The notes beneath the pieces were generated by a model, which saw only the letters and a list, made by a program, of their open reading frames with translations, was not told where the DNA came from and searched no databases. The position numbers and the translations under genes are program-made. Below, piece by piece: positions 18,258 through 28,367 of a DNA stretch of 64,000 bases. This DNA comes from Thermofilaceae archaeon. GTDB taxonomy: Archaea; Thermoproteota; Thermoprotei; Thermofilales; Thermofilaceae. The stretch lies in NCBI GenBank assembly GCA_038861545.1, contig JAWCCZ010000002.1, positions 96,001 to 160,000 of the forward strand, written 5' to 3'. The first letter of the stretch is position 1; every line of letters starts with the position of its first letter.

Positions 18258-20252
18258 TTGCACATTAATAGAAGAAAAAGCGAGCATGGGAAAATCACCT
18301 GGGTATTAGGAGCACTAGCTTTACTTCTCACATTGTTTTTCGCAGTTGTTATTTACCAGAGAAGTATGGAGAAAGTAGAGGTGGGAAACTTGGCTAAAAT
18401 AGTCGTCTTCCCCGCGGGGCCCTTGGATAGAGTGTATAAGGATACATCTCCCTTAAAGGTTGGAGAGCCACTTAAGCTGTCCGCTGTGAAGAACGAATAC
18501 GTTGGTAGCATGTTCGGCGTCTGGAGCACCCAAAATTTAAAGGGGTTGCGGCTTGAGGTAACTGACCTCAAGTCTGAGAGGGGAATAATCAACGCTAGCA
18601 ACGTGAAAGCCTTCTTTGTCGGTTTAATACCAGTCACGTCTAACTCACCTGCACCGCTAGAAGAATTGGAGAGAAGAGCTTCCAGCGAAATCCCCGATCC
18701 CATTCTCGAGGAGGCAAAGGAGATAGACCTTGAAGCAGGTGTAACTCAACCGTGTTACCTGCGTGTTTATGTTCCATCGGATGCAAAGCCGGGAGAGTAT
18801 AAAGGCTACGTGACAGTCAGGGCTGAAAGCCTTGAAACAAGGATGGAAGTAGTTTTACTCGTTCATCCTATTACACTGCCAAGCAGGAGGAGTTTATATG
18901 TGACGAACTGGTTTAGTATCTGGAATATAGCTAAGTTCTACAACGTAGAACTCTGGAGTGAAGAATTCTGGGATATCTTTGAGCGCTGGGTGAAGTTCAT
19001 GGTCGAATACCGGCAGAACGTGTTCTGGGTCCCACTCGATACGATAAAAGTCTATAAGATCGCTGACAGCTACAAGTTCGATTTCTCAGTTTTCGACCTC
19101 TACGTAGAAATTCTCCTCAAGAATGGGGCTGAACTTATTGAGATCACTCACATTGCTGGTTTTAAGCAGTGGGGCGGGCGCGAGATCGAGCTAAAGAGCT
19201 TCCAAGTGGTCTACGGGCCTGAAGACATTAGAACAGAACCCGGTGAACTCGTGCTACCTCATCTATTAACAGCTTTAGAGAAACACCTTCGCGAAAAGGG
19301 GTGGCTTAAGAGGACTGTAATTCACGTTGCAGATGAGCCAACGGAGGACGGTATCGAGGAATGGAGGAGAGTTTCAAAAATGGTTAAGGAATTCGCTCCA
19401 AGCCTTCGCAGAATTGATGCTGTTGAGACGATTGGCTTCGGCGAGGATTTAGAGATATTAGTTCCCACCCTCCACCACTACGACCAATGGATAGACAAGT
19501 ACGAGGCAGAGAGAAAGGAGGGGAGAGAGTTATGGTTCTACACTTGCCTTAACCCACAGGGCAGATACCCAAACCGTTTCATCGATTTCCCGTTAATTAA
19601 GACTCGTATCCTTCACTGGATTAACTACGCTTACGACCTAAAGGGTTTCCTTCACTGGGGCTACAACTGGTGGTACGGCGATCCATTCAAGGACCTCAAC
19701 CCACAGTTACCACCAGGCGACACTCATATTGTTTACCCCGGCAAGCAAGGGCCTCTGCCGAGCCTGCGACTTGAGGCGATGAGGGATGGATTGGAGGATT
19801 ACGAGCTTTTCAAGCTACTTGAAGAAGAGATTATGGCTTTGAAGGAAGAACTGGGTGGGAAAGCTCTTGAATTACCTTTCGAGAAAAGAGCACTTGAGCT
19901 ATGCCGAAAAGCAGTTCCATCACTCACCAGCTACGTTAAAGATCCTATTAAGTTCTTGGAGATACGCGAGGAGGTGATAAGAGAATTATTAGAGGTGAGG
20001 GAAAAACCACTGGCTCTTGTGTTAACTGAACCCCCAGAGTGGAGGCCAATCACTTGGGGACCGTTAATGATCATAGTGAAAGGCGTTTGTGAGGAAGGTG
20101 TAAAGATAGAAGTAAATGGTAAACCTGTACTAGTGCAAAAGGGGTACTTTGCTACATATACATTTCCAAACCAGAGAGGTGAGATTAGGATAAGAGTTTG
20201 GAATGAAGAGTATGAGAAAGTAATCGTGCGAAAGTTTACAATAATCGAGTGA
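18258..20252 (+). CDS. Membrane-anchored GH123-like / DUF4091 glycoside hydrolase
   Basis: N-terminal TM; IPDPIL, IHVADEP (DE pair), WFYTC, GFLHWGYN, PGD..IVYPG, SLRLEAMRDGLEDYE. Confidence 0.8.
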   Translation: MHINRRKSEHGKITWVLGALALLLTLFFAVVIYQRSMEKVEVGNLAKIVVFPAGPLDRVYKDTSPLKVGEPLKLSAVKNEYVGSMFGVWSTQNLKGLRLEVTDLKSERGIINASNVKAFFVGLIPVTSNSPAPLEELERRASSEIPDPILEEAKEIDLEAGVTQPCYLRVYVPSDAKPGEYKGYVTVRAESLETRMEVVLLVHPITLPSRRSLYVTNWFSIWNIAKFYNVELWSEEFWDIFERWVKFMVEYRQNVFWVPLDTIKVYKIADSYKFDFSVFDLYVEILLKNGAELIEITHIAGFKQWGGREIELKSFQVVYGPEDIRTEPGELVLPHLLTALEKHLREKGWLKRTVIHVADEPTEDGIEEWRRVSKMVKEFAPSLRRIDAVETIGFGEDLEILVPTLHHYDQWIDKYEAERKEGRELWFYTCLNPQGRYPNRFIDFPLIKTRILHWINYAYDLKGFLHWGYNWWYGDPFKDLNPQLPPGDTHIVYPGKQGPLPSLRLEAMRDGLEDYELFKLLEEEIMALKEELGGKALELPFEKRALELCRKAVPSLTSYVKDPIKFLEIREEVIRELLEVREKPLALVLTEPPEWRPITWGPLMIIVKGVCEEGVKIEVNGKPVLVQKGYFATYTFPNQRGEIRIRVWNEEYEKVIVRKFTIIE

Positions 20253-21417
20253 AAACTATTGGCCGAGAACTTTACCTCCTTTACTAGGTGTTGATCGTAG
20301 GTTTACAGTAGAGGCTGGGAAAAGTAGATACTCACTGTTCCTCCAAACTGTATAGTTGCTGATGTAAAACAGCGCTACCAACACAATACTTACTTAAAAT
20401 AAATGTAAAATTCTACCCTGAAAACTTAACAGTCACACACTTCTCCGGTGAAGTTACTCTCAAGCATGGTAATTATGCTTGCTCCTATCAAGTAGCTTAT
20501 AAACGCGTACGGGAAAACCGGGAAAAATGTTTTTCACTTTAACACAAGAAAGAAAAGTTGTGGGCATATAGGCTAATGTTTAACAGTAGCATAAATATTC
20601 TTGTCAGAGGGGCTTTCATTTATTTCATTTAATATAATATGATGTATTGCTACTATGCTAATCCCCTCGATATGATGTTTTACCCCCTGTTTCGAACTTC
20701 TGAAACACTTTATCTAAGCGCATGCGTTGATCATACACATATAGCTCATGTAACTGCCTACTGAAATGGTCGTGTCAAAGAGGTTTACTATCAAAGCTAT
20801 TAACTACCTAAGATTTTAGCGGATGTAGCTCTTTCCCTACATCTTTTATTTATCGACGCTTCCATAGTGTTAACCTCTTTACAGACTTTCTTTTACGCTT
20901 AATCGATTATCATATTTTAAGGCAAGACCGTGAAATGTTCAATGGGAAGAAAGTTACTGAAGGGATTGTTAGCTTAAAGAGCAGCTTTCCGCATTAAATT
21001 TGTTAACCGTTACTGGGAATGCAATGGTTCTCACGAAATCCCTATCTTTTTCATTGTAGCAGCGTATGGGGTTTTCGAAAATACCTTCAGGCTATTAGGG
21101 AGGTTGAAGGTGCTGAGAGTGCCAGAGTAAGAGTAGTACTTAATAACAACTCGTTACTAGTTGAACCTCCACACAGAGGGTGAAACTATTGAAGCCTGCG
21201 CCAGGGAAACGGGAAGTGAACGTGTTTTTCGGAGATCTTGAACAAATGATGAAAGTTTCCGAATCGAGTAAGCTACAACCCTCATCACTCTCCGTAGAGC
21301 AGTAACTATGTTGGCTGGCGTGAAGCTAAGGGCCTTTATAGCTGGACAGCTTGAATAGCAAGCTCCGCATTAGTGTACTCAAGCTTGAGAGTTTTAGGCA
21401 ACTCCATGCAAACTTTC

Positions 21418-22293
21418 CTAAATGTTAATCTTAAAGGAGCTAAGTCTCTTTACTGTTTCAGGATCATTATGTGAGAGAAATAGACTTTTCCCTGTGTCAA
21501 GTGCTTTAATTTTTTCCATGTCTTCTTGACTAAGCTCGAAATCAAATATGTTAATGTTCTCTATCATCCTTTCTCTATGTATAGTCTTCGGTATAACAAT
21601 TACCCCTCTTTGAATCAACCAGCGTAAGACTACTTGAGCAACCGTCTTATTATACTTCCTAGCTATGGACAATAGAACCTCATTCTGAAAAATATTATTT
21701 CTACCTTCAGCGAGCGGCGCCCAAGCCTCTGGTTGCACGTTATACTGTCTCATAAATTTGATAGACTCCTCCTGTTGATGGAACGGGTGTATTTCAATTT
21801 GATTCACTGTGGGAGTCACCTCATGGTGAACAATTAAATCCATTAAACGATCTGGCTGAAAATTGCTCACCCCTATCGCGCGAACTAACCCCTCGCGGTA
21901 AATTTCCTCCATAGCCCGCCAAGCACAGTGGACATCACCAAACGGTTGATGTATCAAGTATAGGTCGATGTACTCAAGGCCGAGCCTTTTAAGAGATCTC
22001 TCAAAAGCCTTTTTAGCTTTCTCGTAGCTTGTATCCTGTATCCAGAGTTTAGTAGTGATGAACAGCTCTTCTCTTTTCACAATACCTTCCTCCGTAGCTT
22101 TCTTAATCGCTCTTCCGACGGCTTCCTCGTTCATGTAAGCAGCTGCAGTGTCAAACAAGCGGTAACCAACTTTAATTGCCTCATACACGCACTGTTCACA
22201 TAAAGCTGGATCAAAAATCTGAAAAGTGCCATAACCCGCGACAGGTATTACAACGTTGTTGTTTAAAACTACATGCTGCATATCTACTCTCAC
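21418..22293 (-). CDS. Aldo/keto reductase (2,5-diketo-D-gluconate reductase-like)
   Basis: GYRLFDTAAAY, LFITTKLW, DLYLIHQP, IGVSNF, IPKT. Confidence 0.93.
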   Translation of the reverse strand: MRVDMQHVVLNNNVVIPVAGYGTFQIFDPALCEQCVYEAIKVGYRLFDTAAAYMNEEAVGRAIKKATEEGIVKREELFITTKLWIQDTSYEKAKKAFERSLKRLGLEYIDLYLIHQPFGDVHCAWRAMEEIYREGLVRAIGVSNFQPDRLMDLIVHHEVTPTVNQIEIHPFHQQEESIKFMRQYNVQPEAWAPLAEGRNNIFQNEVLLSIARKYNKTVAQVVLRWLIQRGVIVIPKTIHRERMIENINIFDFELSQEDMEKIKALDTGKSLFLSHNDPETVKRLSSFKINI

Positions 22294-22404
22294 TCATACA
22301 ATATTATAAAGGTAATTCATGCTTATACAATCTCTGAGGTGGTAAATACAAACTAAATTCAAACACAGCGTCAAAAATTTATATGTGTAAGCTGTAAAAA
22401 TGAC

Positions 22405-22905
22405 ATGACTAAGCGCGTTCTCATCGCTTACTACTCCTGGTCCGGGAATACGCGCCGGTTAGCTCAAGTAATTCATAAGTTCATCGGCGGAGCGCTTTAC
22501 GAGATTGAGCCGGTAACCCCCTATCCAAGCTCCTTCGGTGAGACTGTTGCACAAGCAAGAGAGGAGATTAGTAGAAGCTACAAGCCACCTTTAAAAACGA
22601 GATTAAATACTGTTGAGCCCTATAAGGTGATCTTTGTCGGGTCGCCTAACTGGTGTGGAACAATTGCGCCGCCTGTTGCAAGTTTCCTTAGTATGTATGA
22701 CTTTTCAGAGAGGGTGATAGCTCCCTTTTTCACACATGGGAGAGGTGGCCTGCAAAATATGCTGACCGCCGTCAAGGAGCTCTGCCCTCGCTCAACTATG
22801 CTTGAGCCATTTGCTGTCTACGGAGAAAATGTAAACTCAGCAGAAAATCGTGTCCTAGAATGGTTGAAGAGAATCAATATAGAGAAGCACCTGAACGACC
22901 TGTAA
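22405..22905 (+). CDS. Flavodoxin (Flavodoxin_4 type)
   Basis: YYSWSGNTR FMN loop, GSPNWCGT, FFTHG. Confidence 0.88.
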   Translation: MTKRVLIAYYSWSGNTRRLAQVIHKFIGGALYEIEPVTPYPSSFGETVAQAREEISRSYKPPLKTRLNTVEPYKVIFVGSPNWCGTIAPPVASFLSMYDFSERVIAPFFTHGRGGLQNMLTAVKELCPRSTMLEPFAVYGENVNSAENRVLEWLKRINIEKHLNDL

Positions 22906-22987
22906 AAAACACCTCCTGAAAGAAAGATTGTAACATCTACTACACCTGTAGCCACTTATACGTGATCCCTAAGATTCACGCTAGAGT

Positions 22988-23743
22988 TTAATTACTGAAC
23001 AATGCTTCTAGGTATTTGAGCATTCTTCTTGCACTTTCGAGAGAGTCACCGGGTGGGTGATCATGCTCAACGATGTGCCACTCGACGCCAGATTTCTCTG
23101 CAATCAGTGTTATTTTCTTGAAATCGATGATTCCCTGCCCTATTTCCGTCATTTCTTTTGTCTGCTCGTCTCTCATATCCTTAAGGTGTAAAAGCGGACA
23201 TCTACCTTTAAGTGAATCAATCACGACAACTGGATCAAAGCCAGCGTACTTTATCCAGTAAACATCTGGTTGAAAAAGCACGTAGCGCGGATCGGTTTTC
23301 TCAACTAGATGCCAGTACAAGGGTTTATCATCGATGCAGCGTTCAAATTGAATAGAATGATTATGCACCGCTAACCGTAAGCCGCGCTTAACCACTTCCA
23401 TCCCCAATTGTTCCATCTCTACCGCTAAACTTTCAAGTTCACTTTTGCTTAAAATTCTCCTAACATCGGGTTCCGTTACCAGGAATGTTAAGCCGAGTTC
23501 ATCCGCGTAGCGGATGAAGTTCTCAGGGTTTTTTCGGAAATCTTGGTATGAGACATGTGCCGAGACCGGCTGTAAACCGGTTTGCCTAAGAAAAGCTTTA
23601 AGCTCATCAGCGTTTACACTCATAAACGGATAACCTGCAAACTCGATAGCCCTGTAACCAGCTTTGGCTACCAGCTTAAGTGTGCGTTGCCATTGAACAG
23701 CGACTTGATCTCTTACCGTGTAAAGCTGTAAGGCTACTTGCAC
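22988..23743 (-). CDS. Sugar phosphate isomerase/epimerase (xylose-isomerase-like TIM barrel)
   Basis: LQLYTVRD, IEFAG, HNH, DVYW, HLKD, EIGQG, VEHD. Confidence 0.88.
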   Translation of the reverse strand: MQVALQLYTVRDQVAVQWQRTLKLVAKAGYRAIEFAGYPFMSVNADELKAFLRQTGLQPVSAHVSYQDFRKNPENFIRYADELGLTFLVTEPDVRRILSKSELESLAVEMEQLGMEVVKRGLRLAVHNHSIQFERCIDDKPLYWHLVEKTDPRYVLFQPDVYWIKYAGFDPVVVIDSLKGRCPLLHLKDMRDEQTKEMTEIGQGIIDFKKITLIAEKSGVEWHIVEHDHPPGDSLESARRMLKYLEALFSN

Positions 23744-23837
23744 AATTTAAGTTGCAAGTAGGTATATGAAAAAGGTTTCCGCGATTAGTTTTACTGGACT
23801 TCAATAAGAAAACTGGATTCATATTCCAGAACTAAAG

Positions 23838-24860
23838 TTAAACAAGTTCGACGTGTACTTTCAGCCCTGTGAGCTTGGTGAAAGCCTCGGCTTTAGCTTT
23901 AAGATAAGCTTGGTTTACACAGTTGTAGGCGTCACTGTTTAAAAGTAAGATAAGTTTCGACCCTTTCTTCTCAGAACCTATGTACACTCCTTCCCACTTG
24001 TAAGCGTTTTCGAAGGCGTCGCCTAGCCGGATCGCCGCAGCGACAAGCTGTGCAGCTTCGCCTAGCTCGCGTAAACTTTTATCGCCAAGTAAGTCTGTCT
24101 GCCTCCTGTGATGGAATATGGCCTTAGCTACAACCTCTAGGTTACAACATTCTTTTACTTCTTTTAGGTTCAGGGCGAACACGGCTCCAGTCTCATGGTG
24201 CTGCTCATCTTCGCCGAACACTCTACCTACATCATGCAGCAGCCCGGCGGCATAGGCATTTCGAAGGTCGCTAGCGTTTAATTTGAAGGTATCCTCTACG
24301 GCTTCGAGTATATCAAGGGCTACTCCTGCCACTGTTGAAGCATGGTCTCCATACGCTGTCCAGTACCTGAGCGCTCCAACCCCCTCTCTCTTTAAATGCT
24401 TGACAACTTTACTGATCCATTGAACATTGGTTAGCCTTTGAGCCCTGAAGAACCAGCGTAAAGCTAGAGTCTGGGATGGTGTCTCACCCATGAAGCCCAG
24501 TCTACGCATACGGTTGAGCACTTCCTCCTTCGATAAGTTATCCCTTAGACATATAAGCATGGCTACGGTAACCCCGCTCCTCCCTATACCCCCTCGGCAG
24601 TGCACAAGTACGCCGTCGCCCATCTTAATGCGCTCTAAAACAGGCAGTACAACATCTACGAGCACCCCCTCAAAAGCTCTGTAAGAGAAATCGGGGATCG
24701 GGTACTCTAGTTTCTCTACTCCCGAGGGGAGCTCGTAACTACATTCGCCCTCAGTTAAGTCTACAACCAGTTTCACTCCCCTACGTGCTAGCGATGAAAC
24801 GAGTCCCGTGTCTGGGCACGAGGACCAGTAAAAGTTCCCTAAATCTCTAAGCTTTGCCAT
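23838..24860 (-). CDS. Dual-specificity/Cys-based phosphatase fused to an HD-domain phosphohydrolase
   Basis: PIPDF and VHCRGGIGRS (CX5R); then H..., LLHDVG, HH, FHHR, LGD. Confidence 0.8.
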   Translation of the reverse strand: MAKLRDLGNFYWSSCPDTGLVSSLARRGVKLVVDLTEGECSYELPSGVEKLEYPIPDFSYRAFEGVLVDVVLPVLERIKMGDGVLVHCRGGIGRSGVTVAMLICLRDNLSKEEVLNRMRRLGFMGETPSQTLALRWFFRAQRLTNVQWISKVVKHLKREGVGALRYWTAYGDHASTVAGVALDILEAVEDTFKLNASDLRNAYAAGLLHDVGRVFGEDEQHHETGAVFALNLKEVKECCNLEVVAKAIFHHRRQTDLLGDKSLRELGEAAQLVAAAIRLGDAFENAYKWEGVYIGSEKKGSKLILLLNSDAYNCVNQAYLKAKAEAFTKLTGLKVHVELV

Positions 24861-24945
24861 AGTGAATTAGGGTTTTAACATGATATAAAGCTGGCTTAGC
24901 CTATAATAAGTCAATAGTGAATCTATACGTAGTTCCAGTTACAGC

Positions 24946-26307
24946 TTACTTTTTCACCATCCTGTATCTCTCGTACAGCATTGTCACCTTGTCTCCTTCT
25001 ATGAAGAACTCCGCCTCTACTCTCCTCCCGTACGAGACTGTGTAGAACAACGCATAGTCCTCTCTGACTTCTACAGGCGCTAGTGGCGTAAAGCTCTCGG
25101 TTAAAAGATCCCTGTACTCGAGTAGTAAAAAGTCTCCACGTCTCTTTACTTGGAAGCGGTAGGACCCCCGAAATGATTCATAAATACCTTGAAGCTTATC
25201 GAGCAACCTATCCCTCTTTAACAGTGGAAGTTTCTCCGGATCCTTACCCAGCAGTGTTGAAAGAGCGTACAGCCCAATCATTGAAAGAGGATATCCTGAG
25301 GCATTAGCTAGAACCACTACACCAACGCGCTCCGTTGGCACGTAGCCGATAAATGCTGTGTGAACAAGCACTGAGCCACCGTGATGCACTAGGCGTGTAT
25401 CCCAGAACCGATCTGTAACGATAAGACCATACCCATAGCTTTCATCTCCAAAAGGTCCTCCGGGAAAGCTCGCATGTCTCTCCTCCATCAGTTCTATAGA
25501 CTCACGTGAAACAAGGCTTGTTCCCTCAAGCTTCCCTCTATTCGCAAGCATCATTACGTATCTGGACATGTCAAAGCAGTTGCTTAGCAATCCACCGTCC
25601 GCTGTAGGACCGTAGGGGAACCTGCTCCTAATGTGCTTTCCGTCACGACTCAGGATGTAGGGTGCTGCTGTATCAGGGTCGCTGGATACTTCGCTCTCAC
25701 TGAAGTATGTTCGGTTCATCTTAAGTGGTTTAAGAATCCTTTCTCGAATGAAGTCTTCATAACGCATCCCGCTTACCTTGGAAATCACCATTCCCATTAA
25801 AGCGTATCCCTCGTTCAGATAAAAGAAACGAGAGCCTGGATCTGCAGCAACCCATTCCTCGTAGCCCGACATATAAGAGAGCACATCCTCAGGCGACGCT
25901 ACCGGTGTCCAAACTGCGTCGAGCCCTAGAGAACCTCTTATGAGACCTTCAGCATAAGCCAGTGCAGGAATACCGCTCGTATGAGTCAATAAATGATGTA
26001 TCGTCACTGGCTTCCCTTTCACTTTTAAATCCAGTGGAATATATTTGGAAACAGGATCTTCAAGTGAAAGCCGCCCCTCCTCCGCCAGCATCATAACTGC
26101 TAAAGCTGTGAAGGACTTCGTCACGGAGCCAATCCCGTAAATGGTCCCTGCCGTCGCTGGAAGACCTTTCTCTAGATCCCTGAAGCCGAAACCCCTCATA
26201 TATACAAGTTCTTTTCCTTTAACGAGTGTTAAACTCAAGCCGGGTATGCGGGTAGCTGATATCTTCTCCAGGGTAAATGACTCAATCTTAACTGAATCAT
26301 CAACCAT
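24946..26307 (-). CDS. Serine hydrolase, beta-lactamase/penicillin-recognizing family (Pab87-like peptidase)
   Basis: GSVTKS (SxxK), LLTHTSG, FYLN (YxN), HGG; C-terminal beta domain. Confidence 0.88.
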   Translation of the reverse strand: MVDDSVKIESFTLEKISATRIPGLSLTLVKGKELVYMRGFGFRDLEKGLPATAGTIYGIGSVTKSFTALAVMMLAEEGRLSLEDPVSKYIPLDLKVKGKPVTIHHLLTHTSGIPALAYAEGLIRGSLGLDAVWTPVASPEDVLSYMSGYEEWVAADPGSRFFYLNEGYALMGMVISKVSGMRYEDFIRERILKPLKMNRTYFSESEVSSDPDTAAPYILSRDGKHIRSRFPYGPTADGGLLSNCFDMSRYVMMLANRGKLEGTSLVSRESIELMEERHASFPGGPFGDESYGYGLIVTDRFWDTRLVHHGGSVLVHTAFIGYVPTERVGVVVLANASGYPLSMIGLYALSTLLGKDPEKLPLLKRDRLLDKLQGIYESFRGSYRFQVKRRGDFLLLEYRDLLTESFTPLAPVEVREDYALFYTVSYGRRVEAEFFIEGDKVTMLYERYRMVKK

Positions 26308-26410
26308 AAGACTGCGAGGAAGCTTACCAAGTATAAATATTTTGTATAGGAAAACGCATGGAATCGAGGTTACTTCCTAAGTTCGAGGAACAGTATTCAT
26401 CACGATTTAT

Positions 26411-26812
26411 CTATGCAATATTATTAGAAGTAAAATACCCACCTATAGTGGGTAAAGGAAAGCGGGTTGAGGACCTACCTGACTTCAGGGGAAGACTTGA
26501 AAAAGCTGAAGCAGCCCCCTCTACTACATCTATAATATAAATAGTTCCGTTCATTAAGCTAAGTATCTTGACCATTACATTGTTAAGAATTATGAGCTGA
26601 GAAAATACCAAGGATGACCGATATAGCCCAAAAAGTACAGGGTTTAATTTAGAAGCTTTGGACCAACGTGCTAACTCAAATCCAGAAAATAATAAACTAG
26701 AATGAGGATCATAACTATAAAAAGCTCGATAAGTGGAATCATAATGGATAGTTGACCAATAGCTAGGATAGATAGTAGCGTAGTCAGTATATTTATTATC
26801 CACTTCAGACAC
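26411..26812 (-). CDS. AT-rich hypothetical ORF, probably a frameshifted remnant of a membrane/secreted protein
   Basis: The in-frame upstream sequence continues as the hydrophobic KLILILSSIALFPLIKEALEDVLILV up to a TGA in TTGAAAACTT; no recognizable motif. Confidence 0.3.
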   Translation of the reverse strand: MSEVDNKYTDYATIYPSYWSTIHYDSTYRAFYSYDPHSSLLFSGFELARWSKASKLNPVLFGLYRSSLVFSQLIILNNVMVKILSLMNGTIYIIDVVEGAASAFSSLPLKSGRSSTRFPLPTIGGYFTSNNIA

Positions 26813-27168
26813 TAAAATTAAAACATCCTCTAAAGCTTCTTTAATAAGTGGAAAAAGTGCGATTGAACTTAGGATTAATATAAGTTTTCAATATAAATAC
26901 TTGAGCCATAAAATCATTTAATAATCGTAAAATTAAGAATATCGTATGCACCATAAACTTAATTTCTCTAAGATTCCTCAGCCTATACTAAGTGATGTTA
27001 AAGGGAAAGGAAATCGTAGCTTAACGACTATCAACTGGAGAAGCTAGTTTAAAGCTAAAAAATAGAGAGTTAGAGCTCTGTTAGCTGGGAATTGTATGTG
27101 CAAGGCCTCGGCGAAGTCTACGAAATCTAAGGTTTTCCCTTCGTGTTTCTAAGGAACTTATAGTAGTG

Positions 27169-27582
27169 CTACTTTACATAGTACACTTTCAGTTCAAGGT
27201 TTTCAGCTACTTTGGCTTGTCTTTCATCGCTGGTGAGGAGCTCCCCATACTTGAGGGCTTGAGCTACGTACAATGAATCGTATACTGTTAAACTATTATG
27301 TAGAGATATTTCAAGAGATGCGTCAAAATACTCACTTTCGTTCTCAATTAGGATTACACCCACTTCTACGAGTCTCTTTAATCTCTGGAGAATTTCCTTT
27401 ACAATGAAGGGTTCAATGAATCTGCGGAGACAGCAGTGCTTCCATAATGCATTAGCAGCTTCTTTCAAAGCAAGGTCAAGCGTGCGAAGGGGTCTCTGCT
27501 CTTTCAGGTACCAACTAACTTCCTCCCAGCCTTCCTCGTGTAGGAGGTATTTTATAAGAGCAGAAGCATCAATTACTATCAC
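27169..27582 (-). CDS. vapC: PIN-domain toxin VapC
   Basis: IVIDASALIKY, KEAANALWK, TVYDSLYVAQA, LLTSD. Confidence 0.92.
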   Translation of the reverse strand: MIVIDASALIKYLLHEEGWEEVSWYLKEQRPLRTLDLALKEAANALWKHCCLRRFIEPFIVKEILQRLKRLVEVGVILIENESEYFDASLEISLHNSLTVYDSLYVAQALKYGELLTSDERQAKVAENLELKVYYVK

Positions 27583-27802
27583 GATCTTCCCTCACGTAAC
27601 CGACTGCTGTCCCTCTCGGCATAGAGGGAAGCCCCATAATGGCTTCTTCAAGCTCTCTTATAGTCTTGACCTGCTCGTACTCTTGTACACGCCTCTCAAC
27701 GAACTTTCTAAGCTCCTCACTCCAGTTGATCTTACCGCGAAGCTCGTCCATTTTCCTCTTAAGTTCAAGCGGCACCCGAAATGAGACAACCGAATCCATC
27801 AC
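27569..27802 (-). CDS. vapB: RHH antitoxin VapB
   Basis: VVSFRVP.ELK.KM....INWSEELR.F, ends VREDRD; overlaps vapC. Confidence 0.88.
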   Translation of the reverse strand: MMDSVVSFRVPLELKRKMDELRGKINWSEELRKFVERRVQEYEQVKTIRELEEAIMGLPSMPRGTAVGYVREDRDSN

Positions 27803-27891
27803 ATGTAATACAATAACTAGTATTTAAGGAATTACATCTTGGCAAATATATGTATTCCATTTGGTGAGATAAAGTATTACATTATGTAAGG
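27803..27891 (-). promoter_or_regulatory. vapBC promoter with repeated ATGTAAT(A/T)C-like boxes
   Basis: ATGTAATAC 27803-11, GGAATTACAT 27828-37, ATGTATTCC 27850-58, GTATTACAT 27874-82, ATGTAAG 27884-90, around the TTAAATA TATA box. Confidence 0.5.
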
Positions 27892-28367
27892 AAAGAATTC
27901 CCAACTTAGTAACAAACATCCTATGCCGTAAAACTGGAACGCTTGGATCCTAGCCGATTAACAGGGCTGTTCTCAGAGTTTTTAGTAAAAACCTTTGCCG
28001 TCAACCCCCTCCAAGTTCAGTTAACTTTGTAACTGGTTAAAGCTAGCTGTGGGAGTGATAAGTATGCTACTATGAATCTTGCCTACTTGCCCCTTCTCCT
28101 TAAACTAGCTTCTAATAGATACTCCTTACGAGCTCTTTCCACATAGCCCTACTAGTCGAGTGGTAGAGTTTAACCTCCTAATGCTTGAAACTGCTGTTAG
28201 AACACTGTTGAATCTGTCAAGCTAACCGCTATGCCTACTTGGCGGGTATCCGTTTTAATGATTACACTCACTCGTTGCTTCAATACTACATCCTCGGACA
28301 GTAGCTTTATACATTAAGTTTTAAGATTAAAAATAGCGATAACATTTTAGATATATGAGCTCACCTG

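Noticed and set aside
21246-21300. C/D-box sRNA candidates (ATGATGA at 21246; TTGATGA at 52278)
   Set aside because: No properly spaced D'/C'/D boxes or convincing guide regions
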